From Bdellovibrionales bacterium (lineage in GTDB: Bacteria; Bdellovibrionota; Bdellovibrionia; Bdellovibrionales; JAUICD01): DNA of 64,000 bases. Below, in pieces: positions 1-11,174 of the stretch. How positions within the stretch are numbered: the stretch's first letter is position 1; the number at the start of each line of letters is the position of its first letter. The position numbers and the translations under genes are program-made. The DNA lies in assembly GCA_965262715.1 (NCBI GenBank), contig OZ253553.1:96001-160000 (forward strand), read 5' to 3'. The notes below the pieces were generated by a model. That model saw only the letters and a list, made by a program, of their open reading frames with translations. It ran no database searches and was not told the origin of the DNA.

Positions 1-418
1 AATGCACTTCACTTAACCATCTCTCCGGCATCTTACCCAAAATAGCTCTAACTTCTTGAAGTATTTCTGAAGAAGAATGTTCCCTACTTTCTTCAACAGC
101 AAGTATTAAAGACTTCTGCTGTCCATTTGCTAAAAAGGAAACATCATAAATATGATAACAAGTATCATTGAAAGGTAGTTCTTCCGGTATATCAATATCA
201 CATGCATACTGCATTCTTATATCTTGTAAAAAGTATCCAAGTGTCAAATCTGCCACAAATAGAGTATATAACTCTCTTGTTCTTATGTTTGATTCACCGA
301 CATGTTGTGCCTCCATCAGTTTGGACAACTCCGGGTCTATTGCCTCTTAAGCAAAAGTAGGTAAAGCAAAGCTATAAACAAATAAACTAAAAACCAAAAT
401 ATTTCTAAAAAGTTTCAT
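1..418 (-). pseudogene. Secreted hypothetical protein with an in-frame TAA right after the signal peptide (runs off the window edge)
   Basis: GAGGTG RBS then ATG at 418. Reads MKLFRNILVFSLFVYSFALPTFA, TAA at 349-347, then the same frame stays open (EAIDPELSKLMEAQ...) to base 1. Confidence 0.6.
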
Positions 419-844
419 AATTTTCACCTCTAATAAATTCATAAAATATGATTGCTAGATTTCTATTCAAAAGAATCTCATTCAAAAGAACCTCTATAAA
501 TAACAATGATGTCATATACAGGCAATAAGTTATACACTCCAAAACCTATCTTAAATATCAACGATCAACAATAAGGCCTTGAAAAACCACATGGTCAAAT
601 AAGTTCTCGTGTATGAGGTATACAACCATAAGAGTCAAGAAAAATCTATAAAAATGCAATACGCCGATAGTCATTTTAGTCAATGTTTCCATGATTTCCT
701 CCTGTTTTTAAAAATCTGTGTATATTCTTTATGATTTTATGCTCTCTTAATGCCCTTAAAATAGAGCTTTTTGACCATGAAAATTGAGTGAGTCCTCAAT
801 ATCACGAGTGGAAAGTTTAAGATCAACATAAAGTTTTAAGTAAA

Positions 845-994
845 ATTCTAGTGGTTATTTCTGGAATATTAAGAAAATGTGTAATAAATGTAGAAGCAGA
901 TATGAATGCTATAAATGGAGATGGCAATAAACCACTTATAGAGGTTATGAATAGAAACAATGTTCATGAGATAACAGTAGCTTTAATAAAATAA
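845..994 (+). pseudogene. Ankyrin-repeat gene remnant
   Basis: Manual translation ...NVEADMNAINGDGNKPLIEVMNRNNVHEITVALIK* resembles one ankyrin repeat. No proper start or RBS. Confidence 0.4.
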
Positions 995-1084
995 AAGAAG
1001 ATGAGAATAGAAATAAACCAATTTGTTATGACCGTCTCATGAATTACTTTTATGCCTGTGATTGATAGCAAATGAAGGAATGTT

Positions 1085-2065
1085 ATGATCAGTGAAGCAG
1101 ATATTATTCATCGGATAAAAAACAGTTTTCCAAAGTATATTGGTCATGATACAGCAGAAATCGATGTGCCAACAGATTCATGTTGTGTTGTGACTAAAGA
1201 CCTTTTAATTGATAATATTCATTTTTGCACAAACTATGTTGAACCAAAGAGTTTGGCTTATAAAGCTCTGCATGCAAATTTAAGTGATCTGGCAGCGAGT
1301 GGCACACAACCTAAATTTATTATACTAGGACTATCTATTCCTAAATCCAAAGAGACCTATGTTTATGAATTTATAGATCACTTTCTAAGACTTTGTAAGT
1401 CTGAAAAAGTAGACATTATTGGAGGTGATACCACTGCAAGTCAATCCAGTTTATTCATCAGTATCACAGCTATTGGCTATACCCAAAAAGGTCATAGAAA
1501 AATAAGGTGCGGTGCTAAAAAGAATGATTTGATCTGCATTACAGGACCCATAGGCAAATCACATTTAGGTTTTTTAGCACTGGAAAATAAAGTAAATGGA
1601 TTGCTTGAATTTAAAAAGAGCTTTCTTTTCCCAAAAGCAAAGGTACAAGAAGGTATTTGGCTTGGAAAACACAGTACTGTCACGAGTATGATGGATATCT
1701 CTGATGGGCTTTTTATTGATTTAAAGCGTTTAGCAGAAACTTCAAAAGTTAGGGCAGAAATCAATTTGAACAAGTTGCCATTATCAGAGCCATTTATAAA
1801 GGCTTGTGAATTTTTGAAACTTAACCCTTTTAATATATTACTTATTGGAGGTGAGGACTATGGCTTGTTGTTTACAATACAAAAAGAGTATTTCACAAAA
1901 GTATCTCATCAATTTTTTAACACATTTGGTTATCAAATTCATTGTATCGGTAAAGTTGAGGATGGTGATGGTATAAATATTAAAAAGTGTGGTAATAAAA
2001 TTAACTTACCTTTAAAGCCATTTTCTCATTTTGGAGAAGACTTGGACTTACAAAGTCTAAAATAG
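1085..2065 (+). CDS. thiL: Thiamine-monophosphate kinase
   Basis: Motifs IGHDTA, NLSDLAASG, IIGGDT, MMDISDGL, GGEDYGLLFT. Confidence 0.93.
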   Translation: MISEADIIHRIKNSFPKYIGHDTAEIDVPTDSCCVVTKDLLIDNIHFCTNYVEPKSLAYKALHANLSDLAASGTQPKFIILGLSIPKSKETYVYEFIDHFLRLCKSEKVDIIGGDTTASQSSLFISITAIGYTQKGHRKIRCGAKKNDLICITGPIGKSHLGFLALENKVNGLLEFKKSFLFPKAKVQEGIWLGKHSTVTSMMDISDGLFIDLKRLAETSKVRAEINLNKLPLSEPFIKACEFLKLNPFNILLIGGEDYGLLFTIQKEYFTKVSHQFFNTFGYQIHCIGKVEDGDGINIKKCGNKINLPLKPFSHFGEDLDLQSLK

Positions 2066-2261
2066 AACTTTAAAAAAATTATTTATACCTCTTTTTTTAC
2101 TAAATTTTTTAGTCTTTAAATTTTGTAACTTCAAATCGCAAGTGCAACACTTTTGTGTTTATAGATATTTTTAAAAGTTGTATCATTTTAGGATTAATAT
2201 TCCAACAAAGTTTTAATTACCATGAAAGATTATTGTAAATTATTTAATTTGAATGAATGTA

Positions 2262-2342
2262 TTTTGATATTTATGGCAAAGTCTCGTAGTCCTCGAGCTA
2301 AAGCTCTGTGTAAGAACGATCCTTTGCCATAAACATCAAGAT
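2262..2342 (-). repeat. Palindromic repeat family B, short diverged copy in reverse orientation
   Basis: ttgatatttatggcaaag...ctttgccataaacatcaa stem. Its reverse complement shares the internal ctt.c.caga-hairpin-tcgaggact.cgag pattern with the 54301 and 61865 copies. Confidence 0.6.
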
Positions 2343-2525
2343 TTACTTACTAAAAACTGTAATACCACACCACAGTATGAATATAAAAAAGATACATAGC
2401 TGAAGTCATTAGTGGAGATGTCCAATATTTCAGCTACTCCACCAGTTTTTCTAAGAATTGGAACACCTGACTTTTTTAATGATAAGCAAGAGAGCGTGTT
2501 ACCTCATAATAAATTATTATGATAA

Positions 2526-2602
2526 GGTTTTGTTGACTATTTTCTCATATTTCTCTAACCTTTATTATATACATATTCTTTAAATCTTTCTGCAACAAAG
2601 CT
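2526..2602. mobile_element. Degenerate mini-MITE with IS903-type ends (family C)
   Basis: ggttttgttga... and ...taaatctttctgcaacaaagct resemble the terminal IRs of the IS at 45055-46376. Confidence 0.5.
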
Positions 2603-2856
2603 ATAAGGAATTATTATTAGAAGCCATCTCAAGAATAACGTTTTATAATATTTAAGAAGTCGAATTGTAAGAGGTTGTTTTGAAAACGTGAGCAAGTGAG
2701 TTTTCTGGCAAGTTCTTCTGATGACCGAAATCTCTTTTAATTCTCTTCGCCGTCAGCCTCTAACACTACTCTACTGGTATAGGGCCATCGCCTGAGGTTT
2801 ACCTGGATTCAGTTTGCGATTCTGCGTTGCCGTTGTTATCATCAGAGAGAACATTT

Positions 2857-3771
2857 TCATCGGATAGTAATATCCCATCTATTATCTGGTACATCTTCCG
2901 TTGTTTCGGCATTCGCTCTTGTATCATTACCAAATCTGTTACGTACTTCCACCTCTGAAGTTACTAATTCATTTCTTATATCCATGATCTGTTCTGTATA
3001 GTCTACAGGATTTGTTCTAAGAACTAAATCATTGATGTTCTGATATATTGCACTCAAATCATGAATCATATCCCATAATATACTTGCAGTGATCGTCACT
3101 TCAAATGTTTGTGGTGTGTATTTTAAACCATTAAACGCACTGACTCGAGCTTCTATGAGTTCACACAGATCAATATTAGCATTTGGACATAGCTGATCGA
3201 ATAAGTTTCTTAAATCATTAAAGAGGCTGAATAGCCTGTTTAAAATACCTACAGTGAGATCATCTTCATTAAAAGGGGTTTGTCCTAGTTTTTTCCATCT
3301 ATCGCTTATTTCCTGTAATGCAGCCTCCATCTCATCAACTACTTCAGGATTGCTTTCATTTTGAATTCCTTGTGCTATTCTGTTTTGAGCTTGCTCATAT
3401 TCTTCTTCGACAAGGTTGTTCCATCTGTAGCTTGCTTGTTGTAGTTGGCCATACATAGCTTTATCTAATTCCCATAAAACAGCATAAGGAGTTTGACCAG
3501 CATCATTGACAGCCAATACGTTCGCGTCTTCCATAATAAGAGCCGGAGCATACATATTTTGAGTGTTAGCAACCGCAACATACAAGGGGGTTGTGGGTCG
3601 TCCGTTTTCATCAAGACAATCTTGGTTGACATCCCATCCACGTACATAAATACCTGTATGTATCTGAGAGGTTACAATATTTTGCCACAGGCTAGGATCA
3701 CAAAAATCTGCTTTTACACTTTTCACACTAGAAAAACTACAAACAATAAATAAACATATGAAATATTTCAT
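2857..3771 (-). CDS. Secreted protein with a short ankyrin-like segment and a helical C-terminus
   Basis: Signal peptide; WDVNQ...TTPLYVAVAN...ANVLAVNDAGQTP is ankyrin-like. A possible terminal frameshift exists (the alternative frame reads ILLSDENVLSDDNNGNAESQTESR*). Confidence 0.7.
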   Translation of the reverse strand: MKYFICLFIVCSFSSVKSVKADFCDPSLWQNIVTSQIHTGIYVRGWDVNQDCLDENGRPTTPLYVAVANTQNMYAPALIMEDANVLAVNDAGQTPYAVLWELDKAMYGQLQQASYRWNNLVEEEYEQAQNRIAQGIQNESNPEVVDEMEAALQEISDRWKKLGQTPFNEDDLTVGILNRLFSLFNDLRNLFDQLCPNANIDLCELIEARVSAFNGLKYTPQTFEVTITASILWDMIHDLSAIYQNINDLVLRTNPVDYTEQIMDIRNELVTSEVEVRNRFGNDTRANAETTEDVPDNRWDITIR

Positions 3772-4149
3772 GGTTTTATAACCCCTCTTAGGAATTTATG
3801 ATTGTGATTCCAGAATCACACCTTGCACTTTTAGAGCAATTATCGTTGAAGGTCAAGGTTTTTAAAGCCCAATGAAAACTTTTCATCATCTTACATAAAG
3901 ACTTAAATTTACTTTCTTTTTCTGAGTGTATTTATTGATAAATGAGGATAAATAAGCCTATAAAGCCTTTTTAATTTAACTTTATTTTCTTCAGGGCTTA
4001 ATTCTATTGGATTAAAAGTGACCTGAAGATGAGAATTTATTGATGAGCATTTATATACCAATTCTTTCCCATTAAAAATCTTTCTAAAGATACTTTCATG
4101 CTCTGTAGAGCAACAATTAAATACATTGTAAGTATTGTCATAAACCTAT

Positions 4150-4300
4150 CCTTCATGAAGATTCTCTTTTCAAATAAACAGCAAGTGACAGTATCCTTTC
4201 AACGACTAATGAACATAAAAAATGCGTTTATCTACATTTCTAAAGATCGTTGAAGTTTTTTTCAAATGCCATAGTCACCATCATAGATAATGACTGATCA
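4150..4300 (-). pseudogene. Possible decayed DCC1-like (DUF393) thiol-disulfide oxidoreductase
   Basis: Reads SVIIYDGDYGI* (4297-4262), which resembles the YDGDCGxC motif with both Cys codons mutated. It lies directly downstream of a TIGR01777 gene, a typical neighbour. Confidence 0.35.
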
Positions 4301-4312
4301 TTGTTTTAGGGT

Positions 4313-5254
4313 TTAACTTTTAAAAGAGCTTACTAAATTTTTAACTGCGCTTTCCCAGCTTGAAAATTCAAATTTAAAACCCAAATTAATCAGTTTTGTT
4401 GGAACAACTCGACGGCTTTTTAAAATAAGCTCTGTATCTGTTCTTAAAAAAAATGCACCAACTTCTGCCATCCATCTGGTTGCTGGAAGTCCTATTCTAA
4501 TGCCCCATGCTGATCTTAGTGATGCCATAAAGTTTAATTGCTTTATAGGCTTAGGAGAGGATAGGTTAACTATGCCTTTTATATCCTCTTTTGTAATAAA
4601 AAATTCTATAGCACGTATAAAGTCACTAGCATGTATCCATGAGACATATTGTTGTCCGCCGTTAATAGCTCCACCTAACCTCATTCGAGTCAATGAAAGG
4701 AGTACATTAAAGACTCCTTTTTTGCTTGTACTCATAACCATTGCTGTTCTCATTATAATTTTTCGAGTAAATGGTGTTTTAAACTTTATAAGGGCTTTTT
4801 CCCATGCTTTAGCTATTTCAATACTATAACTCCAGTAGTCAGGAACATTTGGTTCATTACCACCAATAATACCTGTGTATTCATCGTTATCTTTATCAAA
4901 AGAATGAGCATAAATAGTTGCGGTACTCATTTGAAGCCAAAGCTTAGGAGGCTTCTTTGCTTTTGAAATTGCTTGTCCAAGAATATGAGTTGAATTCACT
5001 CTGGAATCCATCATCTCTTTTAAATTTTTACTGTGATATCTACAATTCACGCTTCTTCCAGCAAGATTTATAACAACATCGCTACCATCAATTTCATTTT
5101 GCCATTTTCCTAAGGTTTTTACGTTCCAAGTTATATATGGTAGAGATACACTTTTGGACCTGGTTAATACTCGTACCTCATGTTTTTTAGTTTGAAAATG
5201 TTGAAGAAGTATATCTCCAAGGTGACCACTTCCTCCTGCAATAATAATTTTCAT
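4313..5254 (-). CDS. TIGR01777 family NAD-dependent epimerase/oxidoreductase (DUF1731 C-terminus)
   Basis: IIIAGGSGHLG Rossmann motif, VINLAGRSVNCRY, QYVSWIH, LKSRRVVP. Confidence 0.9.
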   Translation of the reverse strand: MKIIIAGGSGHLGDILLQHFQTKKHEVRVLTRSKSVSLPYITWNVKTLGKWQNEIDGSDVVINLAGRSVNCRYHSKNLKEMMDSRVNSTHILGQAISKAKKPPKLWLQMSTATIYAHSFDKDNDEYTGIIGGNEPNVPDYWSYSIEIAKAWEKALIKFKTPFTRKIIMRTAMVMSTSKKGVFNVLLSLTRMRLGGAINGGQQYVSWIHASDFIRAIEFFITKEDIKGIVNLSSPKPIKQLNFMASLRSAWGIRIGLPATRWMAEVGAFFLRTDTELILKSRRVVPTKLINLGFKFEFSSWESAVKNLVSSFKS

Positions 5255-5296
5255 AAAGCCTCCATATCATTATACTATAAATTAAATTTTTTATTT

Positions 5297-5998
5297 TCAC
5301 TTATCTTCTATATTGTTATTTTTTCCTGAATCTGGCATAAAATCTTCTAAAACTGATAAGGTTTTTTTCCTAAGAGGAGCCATAAATGGGTTTTGAAAAG
5401 TTTGATTTATTAAACTTATCAGTTGCACTGTTTTATTGATGACTTTGAAAGTTTTTTCCGAATTTTCAGAGTTATCATAAATCTAAAATAAAATGATTCC
5501 CATTTGATAAAGCCATAAATAGTTAGGTAGTATTTTTTTTAATTTGGGATGTATTTTTTCCTGACATCCTTTGACAACGTCTTCAAATATTTTTAGAGAT
5601 TTGAGCTTTAGTTGTTGAGATTCTTTACTCCATGGAGAAAGTGAGCTTTGAGGATTGGCTGCTATTTGATAAAGCGCACGTGCCATTTTCTTGTAGGGTT
5701 GTGCAACTTCAATTTTAGTGGTTAGTACTTTTTGAAGTCTTTTTTCAAATGCTCCTTCATTTTCTAAAAAATTACCAAGTGCTTTTATATGTTCATCATG
5801 GGATTGTTTATAATATTCATAAACAAAACTTTCTTTACTTTCAAAATAATAATAAGTCGTCCCTAATGCTACCCCTGCTTCGGATGCAATAGCTCTCATA
5901 GTTGTGTTTTTGAATCCTTTCTGTGAGATCATTCTAGTTGCAACTCGAAATAATTTTTCTTTGGTTGTTTCTGTTTTATGGGTTGTATATTTGTGCAT
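5297..5998 (-). pseudogene. TetR family regulator with a premature TAG
   Basis: N-terminal HTH (TTMRAIASEAGVALGTTYYYF). The TAG at 5485-5483 sits where Trp is expected (GIILF*IYDNSE), and the frame continues 61 more sense codons to TGA at 5299-5297. Confidence 0.8.
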
Positions 5999-6008
5999 TT
6001 AAACTACC

Positions 6009-6082
6009 TTTTGAACATGTTCAAAAAAGTGATAGCATATGACATTATTAAAATGCAAGACATTTTTTGAACATGTTCAAAA
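6009..6082. promoter_or_regulatory. Two perfect 18-bp palindromic operators TTTTGAACATGTTCAAAA (6009-6026, 6065-6082)
   Basis: Identical perfect palindromes directly upstream of the tetR start, typical of TetR autoregulation. Confidence 0.85.
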
Positions 6083-6624
6083 TAATGCTATACCACCTAA
6101 CTTTTTGTTATAAATAGGGTTTTTCTAATCGTGAGTTTGGCAGTTGAAAAAAAATAAAGTTGAGTAATTTTAATTATTTAAAGATTATTAATTGGTAGAG
6201 ATAGATAAAAGGGTATCCAAATCTCAAAAGGTTTTATCTCAAATAAGAAATAGATTATGATATTGACAATTAGCTTATTTGAAGTAGACATAGAATATGG
6301 ATAAGGTAAAACCTTTAAAGAGAGTAAATAAACGATCTCTCTATACTTGTTTTTAAATCGATAAACTTTAAAAAGCAAGTGAGCTATGAAAAATTTACAA
6401 GATTGTTAAAAACTCTAACTAGCAGTTTGTAAAATATACGCTTTTGGTTTATAATTGCCCTTAGTCCAAATTCGAAGTTAAATTGAAATATGAAAAATTA
6501 AAGAAGAAAACAGAAAAAGCACCCATAAAGAATTTTTCATTTATTTTACCAATTTTATAATCCCTTAGAATTATGAGATGAAAAAATTTGGAGATTTATA
6601 AAATTACTATATTGGAAATTTAAT

Positions 6625-8397
6625 ATGTATTTTAAAACTTTATATATCATTACTTGTATTTTGTTGTGTATAGGATGTAATCCTAAAAAAGATAAGCCTC
6701 CCATCAATACACCCCCCTCTGGCAATAATAAAAGCTTACAGGGAGGTGGTAGTTCAGGCAATAATGAAGGGTCACAAAAAGGTAGCAGTACAATCTATGC
6801 TGGGGTAGTACTAAATGAAGCTGAAGTTCCAGATGAGTTTTTAACAGCTCTTATTCTTTTAGATGCGGAAACTGTATCAAGTCATTTAAACAATGGAATT
6901 AGTTCAAATGATAGAATAGATAAAAGATATAATGATGACGAGCCAGGTATAACAGCTTTAATGTTATCCACTATAACACCCTATTTTATTATTGAAGATC
7001 CATCTCAAGATATGGAAGAAGCTACTTCCTCTTTATCTATAGATGAGAGAAGAGAAGAAGTATTAAATATTTTGATGAATAATGATGCAGATATAAATGC
7101 AAAAAATCGCTTTGGTCAAACTGTTTTAATATTTTTTATTGATCTGATGATAAATCATCATAGTTTTGGTTATGTAGAAGACACAGTTCTATCTGTATCA
7201 CCACTAAGCCTTAAAAATGAAATAGAAAAACCAAGTGATGAATTATTTAGAGATAGTAGATATACACCTCCTATATTATTGGACGACGGAATGGTAATAC
7301 ACCATGACCATATCCTTCAAGCAAGGACATTTCAATACCTCATTGATAGAGGTGCTGATGTAAATGCTACAGATAAAAATGGTCTAACGGCTCTCACATA
7401 TTTCTTTAAAGAAGTAGAAGACAGGAATTTTTTTGATAACGATAATTATCATTCAACCCAGATAAGGATATTACAAATACTTATCGATAAAGAAGTTAAT
7501 GTGGATGCTACAGATGAAGATGACTTAACACCTCTAATAAAAATATTTATACAAGCTGAAAGAAGAAAGGATCATCTTGACGAAGTATATCTGAAAACCC
7601 TTTCGCAAATATCAGAGCTGTTGATTGGAGCAGGAGCTGATGTGAATGCTACAGATCAACAAAGGCGAACAGGCTTGATAATAATAACAGAACTTATGTC
7701 ATATCTTGCTCGTCGCGATATAGTATTGGAAGAGGGGCCTTTTATACTAAATTTAGTTGGAGGAAGAAGCGCAATTAATCCCAGTGGTAGTAGAAATAGA
7801 AATTCTGGGAGTAGTAGTACAGGAAGTAGTGGATATGGAACCTCTGCAGGAAGTGGTAGTACGGGAGGTGAAAGACTTGGAAGAGATTATATTGGTAGTA
7901 GTACATCCTTTATACAATTATTTATAGACGCTAATCGATTTATTGACTTATCTAATTTACTAGATATAGTAAACAGCTTGATTGCAGCAGGAGCTGCTCT
8001 GGATGTTACAGATGAAGATGGTAAAACAGCTTTAATACATTTATTAGAATTAGCTAGTGAAAGATCAGATTTTGATATTTTAAAGATAGTCCAAGCGTTT
8101 GTTGCAGCAAATGCAAATATACATGCTGCGGATAACAATGGCAATACAGCATTGACACTTACTATTGAAGCTGAAAATCTAGATATAGATAAAAAATTAG
8201 ACATTATAAAGATACTTCTTTGTTCTGGAGATGCTTTAATTAACCAACAGCAAATTGAAGATCAAGTCAGGAATCAAATTGAACATTTATTACAAACAAA
8301 ACAAGCATTATCATTATCATCCCTACCAATATTTATTCAGTTGTGGAATGTTTTCCTTTTTAGTGGTCAACCTACGATAGAAGACCTTTGTAGATAA
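6625..8397 (+). CDS. Ankyrin-repeat lipoprotein
   Basis: Lipobox-like LCIGC; repeated GADVNATDxxGxTAL units; Ser/Gly-rich inserts. Confidence 0.85.
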   Translation: MYFKTLYIITCILLCIGCNPKKDKPPINTPPSGNNKSLQGGGSSGNNEGSQKGSSTIYAGVVLNEAEVPDEFLTALILLDAETVSSHLNNGISSNDRIDKRYNDDEPGITALMLSTITPYFIIEDPSQDMEEATSSLSIDERREEVLNILMNNDADINAKNRFGQTVLIFFIDLMINHHSFGYVEDTVLSVSPLSLKNEIEKPSDELFRDSRYTPPILLDDGMVIHHDHILQARTFQYLIDRGADVNATDKNGLTALTYFFKEVEDRNFFDNDNYHSTQIRILQILIDKEVNVDATDEDDLTPLIKIFIQAERRKDHLDEVYLKTLSQISELLIGAGADVNATDQQRRTGLIIITELMSYLARRDIVLEEGPFILNLVGGRSAINPSGSRNRNSGSSSTGSSGYGTSAGSGSTGGERLGRDYIGSSTSFIQLFIDANRFIDLSNLLDIVNSLIAAGAALDVTDEDGKTALIHLLELASERSDFDILKIVQAFVAANANIHAADNNGNTALTLTIEAENLDIDKKLDIIKILLCSGDALINQQQIEDQVRNQIEHLLQTKQALSLSSLPIFIQLWNVFLFSGQPTIEDLCR

Positions 8398-8498
8398 TAA
8401 TAAAAGAAAAAATAGTTATCAAAGCATCATAAAAGAGGTATTAATAAAAAAATATATTTGAATACTAAAAATCTCACTTTTATGATAAGTGAATATCT

Positions 8499-9788
8499 AT
8501 GAAAAATTTAGTTCCTCTTCTTCCTACTTTAATTATTTTTCCAATAGGAGTTTTATTTTTTGAAAGTCCAGTGACAAAGCTTGTTTGGGCCATATTGGGA
8601 CTTCTATTTTTACAGAAAGTTAGTTCTCTAGTTCGGAATATTCAGTCCTCTCTTCCTATGCCAAGAGCATGGGGATGGCTTGCTTATTTATTTTTGTGGC
8701 CTGGAATGCGGCCAGAGGTTTTTACTAAACATTCACCGAATAATAAACCCTTGGGATATGTATTTGTCACAGGATTTTTATTTTTTATCCTCGGCTTTGG
8801 AACTCAAATCATTCTCTTTTTATATTGGGATTACCTCCCTACATTTATACGACCTTATTTGGGGTTGTTTTCCTTCTTGATTTTAATTCATTTTGGTTTT
8901 TCTTCTATTCTCTTTGTTGTCTTTAGAATTTCTGACTGGAAAGTTGAACCTCTTTTTATGTCACCTTTATTGAGCACCTCTCTTCGAGACTTTTGGAGCT
9001 GTCGATGGAATCTTGCTTTTGTCGATATGAATAAACGTCTTTTCCTTCCATTTTTTTCAAAAAAATTACCAAAAATGATAGGCTTTATTGGCATTTTTCT
9101 CTTATCAGGAATATTACATGAAATAGGAATTAGTTATCCAGCAAATGGTGGATGGGGAGGACCATTCTTGTACTTTTTTATTCATGGTGGACTAACCTGT
9201 ATAGAATCCAAAATTCCAATATTAAAGTTACCTTTATATGGAAGAATTTGGCTTTGGACTTGTATTCTTATTCCTCTACCTCTTTTATTTCACCAGCCAT
9301 TTATAGATACATTTATAGAGCCATATTTCATGTTTGGGTATAACTTTGTAAATTCATTAGAATTTGCAGAGATTCTTGAATGGGCCATTTTTATTTCTGG
9401 TTTTGGACACCTTATCATTTTGATAGCAAGTTTTCAGGTTCCAAAAAAATTAAATTGGAAAGAAGAACTCTCAAAATTAAGATCCTTTAACCAAAAGATC
9501 TTTTGGACCTACGGAGGCTATATAGTCTTTTGTATTATTTCTTTTGCCTTAGTGGATATTTTCAGCGCAACAGCTATTTTAGAAGCACATTCCAGTTCTC
9601 TTGCAATTGCGCTATTTATTGCTCTTTTTTGGACAATAAGAATAATTGTTGATCTTCTTTATTACAAACATACAGATTGGCCACCGGGAGAGGAATTTAT
9701 CGTAGGTCATATTTGTTTAACCACACTCTTTTGTATTTTAGCACTGACTCACTGGAGCCTTGTTTTATGGCAGATAGCTTTGATGTAA
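8499..9788 (+). CDS. MBOAT_2 (wax-synthase-like) membrane O-acyltransferase fused to a C-terminal 4-TM domain
   Basis: SLRDFWSCRWNLAF, FLLSGILHEIGISYP, YFFIHG; multiple TM helices. Confidence 0.8.
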   Translation: MKNLVPLLPTLIIFPIGVLFFESPVTKLVWAILGLLFLQKVSSLVRNIQSSLPMPRAWGWLAYLFLWPGMRPEVFTKHSPNNKPLGYVFVTGFLFFILGFGTQIILFLYWDYLPTFIRPYLGLFSFLILIHFGFSSILFVVFRISDWKVEPLFMSPLLSTSLRDFWSCRWNLAFVDMNKRLFLPFFSKKLPKMIGFIGIFLLSGILHEIGISYPANGGWGGPFLYFFIHGGLTCIESKIPILKLPLYGRIWLWTCILIPLPLLFHQPFIDTFIEPYFMFGYNFVNSLEFAEILEWAIFISGFGHLIILIASFQVPKKLNWKEELSKLRSFNQKIFWTYGGYIVFCIISFALVDIFSATAILEAHSSSLAIALFIALFWTIRIIVDLLYYKHTDWPPGEEFIVGHICLTTLFCILALTHWSLVLWQIALM

Positions 9789-9827
9789 AATTGAAACTAT
9801 GCTCCTTAAGCAAAGGAAAAAATCTAC

Positions 9828-11174
9828 CTAATGTGATGTCTGTTGTTGGATATGTTTTTGCCATATCTTGGCTTCGTGTATGGTTTCTGTGACATCGATT
9901 GTTTTGAGGTTTCCTTCTTGCAACACACGACGTCCTGCCACCCACACCTCTTGGACGTGACCACGTGTTGCTGTGTACACAATCTGAGAAATAGGATTAT
10001 AGACCGGTTGTGTATCTGGTCCACGAAGATCAATAGCCACAATGTCTGCTGCTTTCCCCGGCTCAAGTGATCCAATCTGATTTTCAAGTCCGAGACTACA
10101 AGCTCCACCAAGGGTCGCCATATGTAGTATCTCTGTAGCCGAGTTGGCTATTGGATTGTTGGCCTTGAATTTGCCAAGGAATGCTGCTGTACGCATCTCT
10201 CCTAGCATATCCATGTCGTTATTGCTTGCTGCTCCATCTGTTCCAATTGCAACATTGACGCCAGCTGCTGTTAGTTGAGGGACCGGGCAAATACCGCTTG
10301 CTAGTTTGAGATTTGATTCTGGACAGTGCAGGACCGATGCGCCACTACAAGCTAGCATCTCGATTTCCTCTGAAAGTAGCTGTGTCATGTGAACAGCAGC
10401 AAGCCGTTTATTGACAAGGCCAAGCCTGTCTAAGGTTGCAAGAGGACGTTCTCCGGTTTTATTTACTGCGTCTGCAACCTCTTGCTGTGTTTCCTGTAGA
10501 TGGATGTGTACCGGCAAATCAAATTGAGCAGAAAGCTCCCTTACTTGCTCTAAAGCTGGTTCATCGACCGTATAGAGTGCATGGGGTGCAAGTGCAGTTG
10601 TGATCATAGGATTGTCAGAAAAGGCACTATGTACTTCAAGTCCTCTTGAAAAGTACGATGCTATATCCTTTGCCCAAACAGTAGGTGTGTTCATGACTAT
10701 GAGACCGAGTACAGCACGAATACCCGCTAAATTGGCAACTTCACCTACTATATCAGGAAAGAAGTACATGTCGTTAAAGCAGGTTGTACCACTTTGCAAC
10801 ATTTCTGCAACAGCCAAGCGTGTTCCTGAACGTACAAATTCCTCTCTAAGGAACTGAGCTTCCAAAGGCCAAATGTATTTAGTCAACCAATCATAGAGAG
10901 GTATGTCATCAGCAATGCCACGAAACAAGGTCATTGGAGCATGAGTGTGAGCATTAACAAAACCTGGCACCAAAGCATGACCATTAAGATGTATTTTCTC
11001 TTTAGGGATAAACTTTGCCTCCAGTTCCTGTGGAGTTCCTAGAGCGACAATTGCTCCATCACTCACTGCAATTGCGTGGTCGTTGAAAACACATCCGACA
11101 GGCTTGACAGGAATGATCCACGAAGCATCCAGTAGGAGATCTATAGGCTCTTTTTCTTTAATGTGTGATTCCAT
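9828..11174 (-). CDS. mtaD: TRZ/ATZ family amidohydrolase (5-methylthioadenosine/SAH deaminase-like)
   Basis: PGFVNAHTH, APHALY, HIHLQET, HCPESNLKLASG, IGTDGAASNN. Confidence 0.85.
   Translation of the reverse strand: MESHIKEKEPIDLLLDASWIIPVKPVGCVFNDHAIAVSDGAIVALGTPQELEAKFIPKEKIHLNGHALVPGFVNAHTHAPMTLFRGIADDIPLYDWLTKYIWPLEAQFLREEFVRSGTRLAVAEMLQSGTTCFNDMYFFPDIVGEVANLAGIRAVLGLIVMNTPTVWAKDIASYFSRGLEVHSAFSDNPMITTALAPHALYTVDEPALEQVRELSAQFDLPVHIHLQETQQEVADAVNKTGERPLATLDRLGLVNKRLAAVHMTQLLSEEIEMLACSGASVLHCPESNLKLASGICPVPQLTAAGVNVAIGTDGAASNNDMDMLGEMRTAAFLGKFKANNPIANSATEILHMATLGGACSLGLENQIGSLEPGKAADIVAIDLRGPDTQPVYNPISQIVYTATRGHVQEVWVAGRRVLQEGNLKTIDVTETIHEAKIWQKHIQQQTSH

Noticed and set aside
558..692. 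44-codon minus-strand ORF with a GGAGG RBS
   Set aside because: No recognisable motif; could be a remnant, too little support to call.
347..5485. Stop-codon reassignment (in-frame TAA and TAG inside genes)
   Set aside because: Conserved genes terminate normally at TAA/TAG/TGA; single C-to-T or G-to-A nonsense changes explain the cases.
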